Shown here: one piece after another, positions 50,310 through 60,814 of the stretch
How the letters are laid out: each line of letters opens with the position of its first letter
Numbering within the stretch: position 1 is the stretch's first letter
NCBI GenBank assembly: GCA_965198235.1
Contig: OZ240248.1
Location: 1,056,001 to 1,120,000, forward strand
Length of the DNA: 64,000 bases
Direction of reading: 5' to 3'
Origin: Candidatus Poribacteria bacterium
Lineage (GTDB): Bacteria; Poribacteria; WGA-4E; WGA-3G
Translations under genes and position numbers: made by a program
Notes under the pieces: model-generated
Database searches by the model: none
Seen by the model: only the letters and a program-made list of their open reading frames with translations
Told to the model about the DNA's origin: nothing

Positions 50310-51320
50310 TTAATTTGACGTTTCCAAAGTTTTGAAGAAATCAACTAAGTCCGCACCGTGTGTGCTCGCGTTGACCCCTTTATCAATTTCAAGAATTTTT
50401 CCTGTTTTATCAATAATAACAGCGAACCGTTGAATCTTTCCATCTGGCGCATTCGTCGCACCAAAGAGGAGTGCAAGGTTGCGTCCGGTGTCTACCAAAA
50501 GCGGGAAATTCAACTGATTGTCTTCCGAAAATTTTTGGTGAGAATCGGCATCATTTGATGTAATCCCAAAAATCTGTGCATCGTATTTCGTAAAACTACT
50601 CGACTCATCACGGAGTGAGCAAACTTGAGCCGTTCAGCCACGCCCAAAATCGCGTGGGTAGAATGCTAATACGACGTTCTTTTCCTGATGCAATTCGCTT
50701 AATTGGTGCGTTTTACCGGTTCCATCGGTTGCAATAAAATCTGGAGCAGGTTGCCCAACCTCTATCTTTGGTAGGACTTCCTTGAGCAGTGCGGCGACAT
50801 CTTCGCCGTGCGTTTTGACATTGACATCTGTATCAATGGCACGGATGTATCCCGCTTTATCAATGATGAAAGTTGTCCGTTTTGAGGCGTTGAAGCTTTC
50901 AATGATACCGCTGTACTGATTGCTCACCTCAAATTCGGTGTCGGCTAAGAGTGAAAATCCGAATTTTTGTTCTGTTCTAAACCGCTTGTGCGATTCAACA
51001 TTATCAACACTGACTCCGAAAAGGACGCTTTCGGTTGCTTCTATCTCGCTCAAATTATCCCGGAGCGAGCAAAGTTCAGCCGTTCATCCACCTGTAAAAT
51101 CTTTTGGGTAGAAAGCGAGGACGATATTCTTTTTTCCTAAATAGTCGCTGAGGTTCCGCTCAACATCCTCTTCATCTTTCAATGTAAAATCGGGGGCGAC
51201 CATGCCCACCTTTAATGTGTTTGGCGTTGTCACTGCTTCCTCCCCTGAAGCTGCTGGAATCAAAATTGCTGTTATGAGGATAACAGCCCAGACGCTTGCA
51301 TTCAGCCGCGCTTGAAACAT
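50310..51320 (-). CDS. Secreted tandem BCP/PrxQ-type peroxiredoxin selenoprotein (two UGA-Sec codons), 336 aa
   Basis: Three ORF-track pieces are in one frame: FYPKDFTGG-U-TAELCSLRD (TGA 51084-86) and FYPRDFGRG-U-TAQVCSLRD (TGA 50634-36). Confidence 0.85.
50599..50619 (-). promoter_or_regulatory. SECIS-like hairpin after the second UGA
   Basis: CUCACUC-cgugau-GAGU(c)GAG, starting 14 nt after the UGA. Confidence 0.6.
51045..51069 (-). promoter_or_regulatory. SECIS-like hairpin after the first UGA
   Basis: CUCGCUC-cgggauaauuu-GAGCGAG, starting 14 nt after the UGA. Confidence 0.6.
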
Positions 51321-51359
51321 CGCGTTATGCCTCCGTTAAATAAATACGTTGTTAGTAAA

Positions 51360-51388
51360 ATTATACGCTATTTTGCTATAGGGGTCAA
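51360..51388 (-). promoter_or_regulatory. Sigma70-type promoter of the peroxiredoxin gene
   Basis: TTGACC-17 bp-TATAAT. Confidence 0.6.
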
Positions 51389-51492
51389 GTAAATTTGCAT
51401 TTAGCATGCCGCTAATTTGGGCTTCGGTGACCTTAGGCTGCCGTCTATGAAGCACAGGTTTCCCCACGTTTTAGCGTGTCGGTGCTATGACT

Positions 51493-52356
51493 TCAGTTAG
51501 AAATGATACCTTTTTCTTCAAGCCATACCTTCAGAGGCACGTCTGCATCTTTGGGTGAAAAATGCCCGTTTGCGTTGGTGCCGCCACCAAGTAACTGCTG
51601 TCGAATCGGATCGTTCCACTCAAACATCTCTGCGGGTATGGTCATGTTGTCTTTACTCCGTAGCCATCGGTACCCGTATCCATAGAAAAGCCCCTTTCGG
51701 GTGATGTCTGAATCGTTTTCGCTGCGGGCGTGCCATATCCGCCGGTCGAAGAAGACGGCATCACCGGGCTTGCAGCAGACTGGTGTTGCATCGTCCGGCA
51801 TCGAACCGTCTTCTGGCTTCTCAAGTTTATCCCAGAGATGGCTTCCCGGTATAACATAGAAATTACCGCGCCCTATTTCGGAGCAGTCGGATAGCCAGTA
51901 AACAACTTTTATGGAAAGACGGGGTCGCGGCGAACTTTCAATCTCAAAGTTGACGCGTCCACTATCCTGATGCCAGCCGAGTGGAGCAGATTTATCCCGA
52001 ACCTCATCGGGACGCGGCGGCGTGATGATGAAATGGCTGTGGTAGGAGTAGATATTCCATCCCAAGATTCCCCAGACCTTCGGGAACGTTTTATACCAAT
52101 CCAAAATATTCACGAATATCTGGTCTGTGCCGAGAAAATTCGGATAGAAGAAGTTGTTATGCTCAGTAAGTTGACTTTTGCTATATGGATCGTAACCAGC
52201 GTCAAGATGGTTCTGGTAGATGTGATCTACCTTTGTTTCAAGCCGTTCGACGAGATCTGACGAGAGCGCGTCTTCAACGGTAAGATACCCGTTTTCGTTC
52301 AGTTCGCGGAGTTGCTCGTCGGTAATCTGGTGTTGTAGATGACGTTCGTCAAGCAT
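51493..52356 (-). CDS. PhyH family dioxygenase
   Basis: WHQD, VIPGSH, PGDAVFFDRRIWHA. Confidence 0.9.
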   Translation of the reverse strand: MLDERHLQHQITDEQLRELNENGYLTVEDALSSDLVERLETKVDHIYQNHLDAGYDPYSKSQLTEHNNFFYPNFLGTDQIFVNILDWYKTFPKVWGILGWNIYSYHSHFIITPPRPDEVRDKSAPLGWHQDSGRVNFEIESSPRPRLSIKVVYWLSDCSEIGRGNFYVIPGSHLWDKLEKPEDGSMPDDATPVCCKPGDAVFFDRRIWHARSENDSDITRKGLFYGYGYRWLRSKDNMTIPAEMFEWNDPIRQQLLGGGTNANGHFSPKDADVPLKVWLEEKGIISN

Positions 52357-52402
52357 AGGTTAAATCTCCAATTTGTGATATTTATCCCCGTACACGGATC
52401 GG

Positions 52403-53356
52403 TTAATCCGGTAGAGGACCCTCTATCTGGTCAACAAAATGAATAGAATGTATAACATCACGGAGGTCTGTAAGCGGAACTTGCCGGTTGCGGACGCAAT
52501 CGACGAAGTGGCGATGCATAGTCAGCACGCCTTCGTAATTGGGTGTATCGCGTTCGTCCACGCCGTCAACTTCCCAACCTCCCATAACGCTTCTGTTGTT
52601 GTCTTCATAAATTTCGATTTCTTCTGGGATTTTCATGTAACAACCGATACCGACACCGTGCAATTCGGAGCGCAGCACACGTCCACCTGACGCGCGACTC
52701 CCAAGAAGCACACCTGTGGCGTTGTTATCGAAACGGACAAAGGCGGTATAGAAATTACGTTGTTCCGCTCCAAATGTGTCGCGATGCGCCGTGACTTCCA
52801 CTGGCTCGCCGCCCGCCATATAGCGGAGTAGATCGACGACGTGGCAGACATCGTTCCAAAGCGTCGTCGTAAATTCCCGATTCTGTCCCAGCATTTGCTT
52901 GTTAAAGGTGGTAATAGCTAATGTAACGGGTCCCATTTCTGAGACGCGTCGCATGGCTTCGCGCGTAACAGCAGCAAATCTGCGCTGAAACCCTACCATG
53001 CAATAGACATCGTTGGCGACTGCTGCCTCAAGGAGTTGTTGCGTTTCATCGCTGTTCGCACCCGGTGGTTTTTCAATGAACAGATGCTTGCCGGCGTTGA
53101 GGCAATCCAGAGCGGGTTGCAAAATCCACTTCTCGTTCATTACACAATAAACGACGTCTAAGTCTAAGGTGTCCAGCATCTTCCGGTGATCTGTGAAGGT
53201 GTGCGGAAACTCATATTTCTGGGCAACCTGTGCGAGTTTCTCCTCATCCAGTTCACAGGCTCCAAGCATCTCAACATCATCTTCCAGCCGATTCACGCTT
53301 GGATAATGTGCGCCTTGACTGCGTCCCCCTGCACCGATAAATCCTGCTTTAAGCAT
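52403..53356 (-). CDS. Gfo/Idh/MocA family oxidoreductase
   Basis: GFIGAG, GKHLFIEKP, VGFQRRF, HVVD. Confidence 0.9.
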   Translation of the reverse strand: MLKAGFIGAGGRSQGAHYPSVNRLEDDVEMLGACELDEEKLAQVAQKYEFPHTFTDHRKMLDTLDLDVVYCVMNEKWILQPALDCLNAGKHLFIEKPPGANSDETQQLLEAAVANDVYCMVGFQRRFAAVTREAMRRVSEMGPVTLAITTFNKQMLGQNREFTTTLWNDVCHVVDLLRYMAGGEPVEVTAHRDTFGAEQRNFYTAFVRFDNNATGVLLGSRASGGRVLRSELHGVGIGCYMKIPEEIEIYEDNNRSVMGGWEVDGVDERDTPNYEGVLTMHRHFVDCVRNRQVPLTDLRDVIHSIHFVDQIEGPLPD

Positions 53357-53591
53357 TATGGCCTCTCCTTCGTCTCAATATTCACTAAATTTTGTGGGTC
53401 GGAGTATCCGTACTTTAGCACAAGGCTCAATCGATTGCAAGAAAATTTTTCAAACATTAGGTGACACTCGCGTATCACCGAAAAGTTTGATTTTCGCAAT
53501 CTTTTGTGGTATTCTTAAACTACATTAATCTTCGAGTCGTTAAGACATTTCTTTTTAATAACGTGGGTTCGATGACAAAAATAGAAATAGA

Positions 53592-53822
53592 TGTAGGTTG
53601 GGTTGAGCGGTAATGGACAATGATCCATCTCGTTTATGTGGATGCTGCTTTTCGATAACCTATCCGTTTAGATGGATACGGCGAAACCCAACAACTGAAC
53701 GCTGTCCGTGTGAGAATGCGTTGGGTTTCACTCGTCCTTGGGTGGTTTTTAGTTGCTTAATGAATCTTGAAAGTCATTTTTTGTGTGCGATTTTTGGGAG
53801 GACCCCGTTCAACCCAACCTAC
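53592..53822. repeat. REPIN-like long hairpin (inverted GTAG REP doublet)
   Basis: GTAGGTTGGGTTGA...GAAACCCAAC...GTTGGGTTTC...TCAACCCAACCTAC. Confidence 0.8.
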
Positions 53823-53861
53823 ATGCTTAAGTTGAACTCACACTTTAATAAGGAGGGACTC

Positions 53862-54680
53862 ATGTCAGTTTTTGACGCAGAAGCCTTAGAATTTTGGGAA
53901 GAGAATGGTTACGTCGTTGTGCCGGAGGCGGTACCTCTTGGAAATTGCCAAGCCGCCGAACAAGCCGTCTGGGATTTTCTTGAAATGGACGGTGATAATT
54001 CGGACAGTTGGTACCCTGACCCACCGCGCCGGAGCATCATGGTGGAGATTTATCAACACCAAGCGTTATGGGACAATCGCCAATATCCTCGCATACATCA
54101 GGCATTTTCAGAGATTTGGGCAACTGAGAAGCTCTGGGTTAGTTTTGATCGGGCAAGTATGAACCCGCCTGAACGTCCGAATTATGAGTTCACCGGTCCC
54201 TATTTGCATTGGGATATGTCGTTGGACGATATGCCGGTGCGCCTAAAGGTGCAGGGTGTTTTGTATCTGGCGGATACCCCTGGGAATCAAGGCGCATTTA
54301 CCTGTATTCCGGGTTTCCATCGCAAGTTGGAAAAATGGTTGAAGGACTTACCTGATGACGCGAACCCGCGGGAAGTTGTGCGTGACTATCAAGTTGAGGC
54401 GGTTCCGGTCGCAGGGAAAGCCGGAGATCTCGTAATTTGGCATAGTGCCTTGCCACACGGCAGTAGCCCGAACTCCGCTGAGCGTCCTCGAATGGCGCAG
54501 TACATCACGATGTCCCCGGCACCAGACAACGGAAATCCTGAGGCTCGGATTACAGGGTGGCGCGAACGCCTAACGGGACTCGGAAAAGAGGGGAAAGAGA
54601 AGGAACATTACCACGGTAAAACAGCCGAATTGACTCTTTTAGGAGAAAAGCTCCTTGGACTTGAATCGTGGGGTGCGTAA
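53862..54680 (+). CDS. PhyH family dioxygenase
   Basis: AAGGAGG RBS; FWEENGY, LHWD, AGDLVIWHSALPHG, R. Confidence 0.9.
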   Translation: MSVFDAEALEFWEENGYVVVPEAVPLGNCQAAEQAVWDFLEMDGDNSDSWYPDPPRRSIMVEIYQHQALWDNRQYPRIHQAFSEIWATEKLWVSFDRASMNPPERPNYEFTGPYLHWDMSLDDMPVRLKVQGVLYLADTPGNQGAFTCIPGFHRKLEKWLKDLPDDANPREVVRDYQVEAVPVAGKAGDLVIWHSALPHGSSPNSAERPRMAQYITMSPAPDNGNPEARITGWRERLTGLGKEGKEKEHYHGKTAELTLLGEKLLGLESWGA

Positions 54681-54747
54681 TGAATCCTTGTAGTTAAAAC
54701 AAGTAGGGTGGGTTTTTGTACCCACCCATCGGTATGTAGTTGGGTGG

Positions 54748-56055
54748 ATGACGGAGGTTCCTCTTGTGACGGATTTGTTGGCAGCACGCGCACAGATGGC
54801 GATGTCCCTCGCGTTTCATATTATCTTTGCAGTCATCGGTATAGCGATGCCATTACTGATGGTAATTGCCGAGGGGTTATGGCTCAAAACGCGGGAGGAG
54901 GTTTACCTGACGCTTGCGAAGCGGTGGGCAAAAGGGACTGCGATTATGTTCGCTGTCGGAGCGGTCTCTGGCACCGTCTTGTCTTTTGAACTCGGTTTGT
55001 TGTGGCCCAATTTCATGGCTTATGCCGGTCCGATCATCGGCATGCCGTTTTCGTTGGAGGGATTTGCGTTCTTCCTTGAGGCGATCTTCTTGGGGCTTTA
55101 CCTCTACGGTTGGGACCGTATTCCAAAATATGCACACTGGTTTGCCGGTATGATGGTACTGATTGGCGGTACTTTATCGGGTATTTTCGTTGTCACTGCA
55201 AATGCCTGGATGAACACGCCTACCGGATTTTCGGTTGTTGATGGGGAAGTGACAAACGTCGATCCGATTGCGGCGATGTTGAATCCCTCGTCATTCAGCC
55301 AAGCACTTCACATGACCATCGCTGCCTTTCTGGCAGTCGGGTTTGCGGTGGCTGGCATCCACGCCTATTTTCTGCGACGTGATCCAAACAACCTTTTCCA
55401 TCGCCGAGCGTTTGCTATCGCCTTGAGTGTTGGCGGTCTATTCGCACTCCTCCAACCGATTTCCGGCGACATCAGTGCGAAGCGACTCGCGAAACACCAA
55501 CCTGTCAAACTCGCGGCGATGGAAGCACAGTGGGAGACAGAACGCGGCGCGCCTTTACGCATCGGTGGTATTCCTAACGAAAACACTGAAGAAACCCGAT
55601 ATGCACTTGAGATCCCGAAAGCACTGAGTTTTCTTGCATATTCCGACTTCAACGCTGAGATTATGGGACTCAAGGCGGTGCCACGGGAAAATCGTCCACC
55701 TGTGGCAATCGTGCATTTCGCATTTCAGATTATGGTTGCGTGTGGGATAGTTCTTATTACTGCTGGTGTTCTCGGTGGTTGGCTCGCCTGGAAACACAAA
55801 AGCCTACCAGACCAACGCTGGTATCTTCGGTTTGTTACGCTCTGCACACCGCTTGGGTTTATCGCGATCGAAGCAGGTTGGACGGTCACAGAGGTAGGGC
55901 GACAGCCGTGGATTATCTATAATTACATGCGCACGGCAGAGGCGGTGACTCCAATGCCGAACCTTGTTGTGCCTTTTATCTGTTTCACGGTCCTTTACAT
56001 TTTCCTCTCAATTATCATTGTTATCCTATTACGTCGTCAAATATTTTTAGACTAA
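54748..56055 (+). CDS. cydA: Cytochrome bd ubiquinol oxidase subunit I
   Basis: LAFHIIF, FFLEA, QPVKLAAME, GWTVTEVGRQPW. Confidence 0.95.
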   Translation: MTEVPLVTDLLAARAQMAMSLAFHIIFAVIGIAMPLLMVIAEGLWLKTREEVYLTLAKRWAKGTAIMFAVGAVSGTVLSFELGLLWPNFMAYAGPIIGMPFSLEGFAFFLEAIFLGLYLYGWDRIPKYAHWFAGMMVLIGGTLSGIFVVTANAWMNTPTGFSVVDGEVTNVDPIAAMLNPSSFSQALHMTIAAFLAVGFAVAGIHAYFLRRDPNNLFHRRAFAIALSVGGLFALLQPISGDISAKRLAKHQPVKLAAMEAQWETERGAPLRIGGIPNENTEETRYALEIPKALSFLAYSDFNAEIMGLKAVPRENRPPVAIVHFAFQIMVACGIVLITAGVLGGWLAWKHKSLPDQRWYLRFVTLCTPLGFIAIEAGWTVTEVGRQPWIIYNYMRTAEAVTPMPNLVVPFICFTVLYIFLSIIIVILLRRQIFLD

Positions 56056-56092
56056 CGCGAAGCGTTAAACAACGTGCGGACAGTTTATGGAG

Positions 56093-56330
56093 AGTTGGTT
56101 ATCGGCTATCGGTAGGACGGGTGGCTGTTGTGAACATTCTCACCTACTGCTTTGTCAGGTTTTTTCGGCTGATAGGTTTACTTGTTTGTAGTAGGGCAAT
56201 TCATTGCCCGTTTCTCTCACTGCGCGGCAGTGCGATAAATCGCACGACTACGAACCTACCCTTAACTTGAAGGTTGACAAGGCACTGCCACAAAAGACTA
56301 TTACTGATAGCCCATAGTTTCCAACAGCCA
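56093..56330. repeat. Nested repeats in the cydA-cydB spacer
   Basis: Outer heptamer arms; middle TGCTTTGTCA/TGACAAGGCA inverted repeat; inner GTAGTAGGGCAATTCATTGCCC...GCGATAAATCGCACGACTAC REP doublet. Confidence 0.7.
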
Positions 56331-56335
56331 GTACG

Positions 56336-57388
56336 ATGTTAAGTCTTGAATTCTGCATCGCATGCGTGATGCTTATCTCCCTGATTATCTATATGTTGAC
56401 AGGTGGCGCGGATTTTGGTGGCGGCATCTGGGACCTATTTGCGACAGGTCCACGTGCGAAGGCGCAGCGCTCGCTTATCGCACAAGCTATCGCGCCGATC
56501 TGGGAAGCGAACCACGTCTGGTTGATTGTGATTGTTGTTCTGCTTTTCGTGGCGTTTCCTGTTGCATTCGCTGCGATTAGCACGGCTTTGCATATCCCGC
56601 TGACGTTAATGCTCGTCGGTATTGTGCTTCGCGGTACGGCGTTTGTATTTCGGACCTATGATGCCCAATCGGATGCAATACATCGCCGTTGGAGTCGGTT
56701 GTTCGCCGTTGCGAGTGTCATTACGCCTGTGATGTTAGGCATTACGTTGGGTGCGGTCGCGTCCGGCACGATTCGTGTTGACGTGGAAAGTGGACAGGTA
56801 GAAACAGATTTCATCTCAGCGTGGTTTGCGCCATTTCCGTTTACGATCGGTCTTTTCACCTTGACGTTGTCTGCCTTACTTGCGGCGGTGTATCTCACCC
56901 TTGAGACCGAAGACCCCGCATTGCGGGAGGATTTTCGGCGGCGCGCCCTTATCGCGGCAGTGAGTGTCGGTGCAATGGCAGGACTGAGTCTTCTCTTATC
57001 TGCTGAGGGGGCACCGGCGATCCGACATGGACTCGGTAGCACGCCTTGGTCGATTCCGTTTCACATCTTGACAGGTGCGGTGGCACTGTGGGCGATCTGG
57101 ACAATTTGGAAACGTCAATTTCGCCTTGCGCGTATCCTCGTTCCGATACAGGTTACGTTCATTGTTTTCGGTTGGGGATTGGCACAGTATCCGTCCCTTG
57201 TCACACCGGACTTAACCTTTTCAAATACAGCTGCACCGGATGCAGTGCTGCGTCCGATACTGATTGTGCTGGGTGTGGGTGGTATGCTCTTAGTGCCTGC
57301 ATTCTGGTATCTCTATACCGTGTTTAAAGGTACAGCTCGGAAGACGGAGGGAGTTACGTCCGAAGTTGATACTTATGATGACGATTAA
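56336..57388 (+). CDS. cydB: Cytochrome bd ubiquinol oxidase subunit II
   Basis: GADFGGG, PIWEANHVWL, LRGTAFVFR. Confidence 0.95.
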   Translation: MLSLEFCIACVMLISLIIYMLTGGADFGGGIWDLFATGPRAKAQRSLIAQAIAPIWEANHVWLIVIVVLLFVAFPVAFAAISTALHIPLTLMLVGIVLRGTAFVFRTYDAQSDAIHRRWSRLFAVASVITPVMLGITLGAVASGTIRVDVESGQVETDFISAWFAPFPFTIGLFTLTLSALLAAVYLTLETEDPALREDFRRRALIAAVSVGAMAGLSLLLSAEGAPAIRHGLGSTPWSIPFHILTGAVALWAIWTIWKRQFRLARILVPIQVTFIVFGWGLAQYPSLVTPDLTFSNTAAPDAVLRPILIVLGVGGMLLVPAFWYLYTVFKGTARKTEGVTSEVDTYDDD

Positions 57389-57433
57389 GCATAAATTGTC
57401 CATCTTTTTCTCAAGTTATATTTTCAATTTTAT

Positions 57434-57461
57434 TTGACAAACAGTTTTTAGTCTGTATAAT
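57434..57461 (+). promoter_or_regulatory. Consensus sigma70 promoter
   Basis: TTGACA-16 bp-TATAAT. Confidence 0.65.
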
Positions 57462-57925
57462 TTTTTGTATATTACCCTCTCAGGGGAGATAATGAGAGCA
57501 ATGACTTGACGATTTTATCTGAACATCTCAGTTAGAAACTTATTGAACAGGGTGCTAGTCGCTTTGACAATTGCTGCGCGCGTTAAATCACGACTTACCC
57601 TATTTCTGTTCTCCAAAGTTAACAATTGGTTTTCCCTTCCTCAAGATGTTAACTTCTCACAGTTAGTTTTATTCCTCTGCACTTCCATTATTCCCGGTGC
57701 CCTACCGGGTAATTCCTATAGGTTTGAACCTCTTAATATACGCCGACAAGACCCCTTAGTACCGCGTCGTATGTGGTTACTTCAAGGGGTGTATCTATTT
57801 TGTCAGGGAAATGGAAACTCTCGGAAACCATTAGCATGCCTCCCAGTGAGAGTCACAAGAAATATTGGGAGTATCATATCCCTCTTTACTGATTGCTGAT
57901 TGCTATTAATAAAGGAGACGTATGT

Positions 57926-58765
57926 ATGCGCAACACAATCATTTACAGACACTGGCAACCCGGTGATGATGACACTATCTTGGCGTTTCGACCTAATACC
58001 AATGAGGACTGGTATCGACATAAGTTTGATGATGAGGACCTTGAGCCTGAAGGGATTCGCTTGGCATTTCTCAATGAACGGATTGTTGGACATGTAATGG
58101 GTGAACGCACTACACTCTTTATTGAAGGAAAGGTCCAGAAATTCGGAGAGGTTATGGATGTCTTTGTTGCCCCGGACATGCACCGACGAGGCATTGCAAC
58201 CCGCTTGATGCAAGAGGTGCACACCTATTTTGAGAGGAAAGGTTATCGCGGAAGTATCCTTGACCCAGATACGGAGGCCTCTCGTCGGTTATATCAGAAA
58301 GTTGGGTATCAGGAAGTGACCAGAGCGTTACGGACACAACTTTTGCCGAGGACCGGTGCCTCTCAACTCAAATGGACAAACGCTCGTCTTGAAGATTTAA
58401 GGGGCTTACGTCAATTAGATGAGAGATGGGCAAGACAAAATTTCCGCGTTTTGTGGGAACCAGGGTACATAAAAGTAAATCGGTCCAATCTGAACGATTA
58501 CCGTGTACTGCGTCGCGATGGAGATGTGGTTGGTTACGCAGAATGGTCTGAGTCGTCTGAAGGTTATCCAGGCGGACTGATTTGGGACCCAATTGTGCCA
58601 GATACAGATCCGACAGAAATTATCCAATCGCTGCGGGCAGCAATTTCCGCGCCGCTGGCATGGGAGACGTGTGTCGGAAGCAGATATGAAGACCCGCTTC
58701 GGAACCTTGGAGGCTTACTTGAGGAGACACAGGACGTTAAAATGATTTTATTTTTTGGGCGGTAA
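57926..58765 (+). CDS. GNAT family N-acetyltransferase
   Basis: VFVAPDMHRRGIATRLM, RLYQKVGY; AAGGAG RBS. Confidence 0.9.
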   Translation: MRNTIIYRHWQPGDDDTILAFRPNTNEDWYRHKFDDEDLEPEGIRLAFLNERIVGHVMGERTTLFIEGKVQKFGEVMDVFVAPDMHRRGIATRLMQEVHTYFERKGYRGSILDPDTEASRRLYQKVGYQEVTRALRTQLLPRTGASQLKWTNARLEDLRGLRQLDERWARQNFRVLWEPGYIKVNRSNLNDYRVLRRDGDVVGYAEWSESSEGYPGGLIWDPIVPDTDPTEIIQSLRAAISAPLAWETCVGSRYEDPLRNLGGLLEETQDVKMILFFGR

Positions 58766-58959
58766 ATTGATTTGAGGCAACAATTCCGAACCTTTTCGTA
58801 GTCAACAGAACCGGGTTTTCGGTAGGAACATTTAGTTTTGTGGTAGGAGGGATTTCCGAATCCCGACCCCTCTTCTGTAGGAGCGATCTCCTGATCGAGG
58901 CACCTTAATGGGGTTTGGCTTTACTAAACACTCTTTGCTGATGGCTGATTGTTAACAAC

Positions 58960-60055
58960 TTAGGACTTACGCAGTATCCATTTTTATAGAAGGAGCCTTG
59001 AGTTGTTGTCGTAGATATTCAGAAAACATGCCATATTTGACCTGATAAAGCGTTTGACCGGTTTCATGTGCCCGACGCATGAGTCGAATCCAAACCAAAA
59101 ACGCACACCCAATGTGATTGCGAACAATCCGGGCTAAGCGACATTGACATTTTTCCAGGCCCGTTAGCTGTTTCGCTTCACGGTGAAATTGTTCAATCTT
59201 CCAACGCCAGGCGCAGGCGATTTCTGTGACCGACGCATCTGATTGACTCAAGTCGTTTGAGACGACATAATCCGTGCGCCGAGATGTAGACGCAACCCGG
59301 AAGACTTTCACTTTGTGATTTTTTGGAAACCCACGTATTTTGATACGTTTACCGGCTTGAAGTTCTGAAGTTGTCCACGTCAGACTGTCTATACGTTGAT
59401 ACGGCAGTGCCTCATGAGAATCGTCAACGCGTCGATTCGATTTCAAGGGACAATAATAGAGCTTCCCCAGGCTTTCAATATGAAGCATAACCCGTTTGGT
59501 AGCATACCAAGCATCCATCAACACCGTGCTGAAAGCAACGTCGCGCGAATCAACGAAGACCGAGAGCATCTCTTGAACATGATCCAACTTCGTTTTACCA
59601 TCACTTTGAATATCGTAAATGCGGTAATCAATCAACCAAAAACGGTCTAACACAGGATTCACATAGATACAAGTAACAATACCTATGCCATTTATCAGAC
59701 CTCTCGCACTGCCACTATATTGTTTTTTCGTGAGTGCGATCGCTTTGGCATGGCGTTTGTCAACAACCGTGTCATCAAAGATCACATATCCATCAGGGGT
59801 CTGCTCCAAGTGCGGTTTGACTGCTTTCCAAACGTCTCTGGGACGTAGACGATCGCCAGCGAGATAACGATTTATTTGGTCATGACTGAATCTTTCACAA
59901 TGCTCCGCAAAATGAGTCAGTGTATAGTTGATAGGCGTGCTGAGTAAATACTGACAGTAATCAAGGCGTGTCGGTTTTACCATTTTCATAGACCTCCTCG
60001 CTGACCATATTAGCCGGTTCAGAAGACTCTGTCAATGAGTTTGCGTAAGTCCTAA
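58960..60055 (-). mobile_element. IS701-family insertion sequence
   Basis: 14-bp inverted repeats TTAGGACTTACGCA / TGCGTAAGTCCTAA. Confidence 0.9.
58967..59989 (-). CDS. IS701-family DDE transposase (intact)
   Basis: FSHDQINRYL, IFDDTVVDK, LMDAWY, RWKIEQFHREAKQ. Confidence 0.9.
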   Translation of the reverse strand: MKMVKPTRLDYCQYLLSTPINYTLTHFAEHCERFSHDQINRYLAGDRLRPRDVWKAVKPHLEQTPDGYVIFDDTVVDKRHAKAIALTKKQYSGSARGLINGIGIVTCIYVNPVLDRFWLIDYRIYDIQSDGKTKLDHVQEMLSVFVDSRDVAFSTVLMDAWYATKRVMLHIESLGKLYYCPLKSNRRVDDSHEALPYQRIDSLTWTTSELQAGKRIKIRGFPKNHKVKVFRVASTSRRTDYVVSNDLSQSDASVTEIACAWRWKIEQFHREAKQLTGLEKCQCRLARIVRNHIGCAFLVWIRLMRRAHETGQTLYQVKYGMFSEYLRQQLKAPSIKMDTA

Positions 60056-60814
60056 ATAAGTAGAACTAAAGAACTAAAATTCTGGGGAATCATAAATGAA
60101 AGCGTTTTTTAACCTCAGTCAGCGTGGACAGATTATACGTCTTAGGAAACTCGCGAATGCTGTACTCCAACGGTATGGTATCGGTGAAGCCTCATTGCGC
60201 TTTTTGTCAAACACCGATAACATGGTCTTCCGCGTAGATCAAGCTACGGAACAAAGTCAACGGTTCATCTTGCGAATCATTCGTCCAGAAAAGTATCTTC
60301 GAGAAGAGAGGATAAGAGCTGAATTTTATGGCTATCTGCCCTACAGACCCAGGCGAATTTGGTTGTTCCTGAACCTGTGCCAGCCGCTGATGGAACATTC
60401 GTTCAAGAAGTATCTGTTGCTGGTGTGCCTCAACCGAGACACTGCGTCTTATTCCATTGGATCCATGGTCGCTTTCGGAATCATGATCTGTTAACACTCA
60501 AAGAACTCGAACGCGTGGGTTCATTTATCGCTAAAGTCCATTGCCACGCTGAAACGTTTACGTTGCCAGATAAATTTGATAGACCGCGCTTGGATGAAGA
60601 GATTCTGCTTGGTGAAACATCTGTTCTCCGCCCTGGTGTTGGGGATCGTTTTTTCTCGCATAGGGATCTCTCCGTGTTTGGCGCAGCGATTTGGGAACTT
60701 TGCTCACAGATGGAACAGATCGGCAAAAGTTCAGATGTTTTCGGATGATTCATGGCGATTTCCAACCAGCCAACTTCCTTTTTCACGGTCGGAATGTCCA
60801 TTTTATTGATTTTA

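Noticed and set aside
53613-53861. ORF-track N-terminal extensions (also 27100, 17085, 14471, 12122, 11303, 8885)
   Set aside because: They mostly translate intergenic repeats or duplicated sequence. Downstream ATGs fit the family N-termini or an RBS better.
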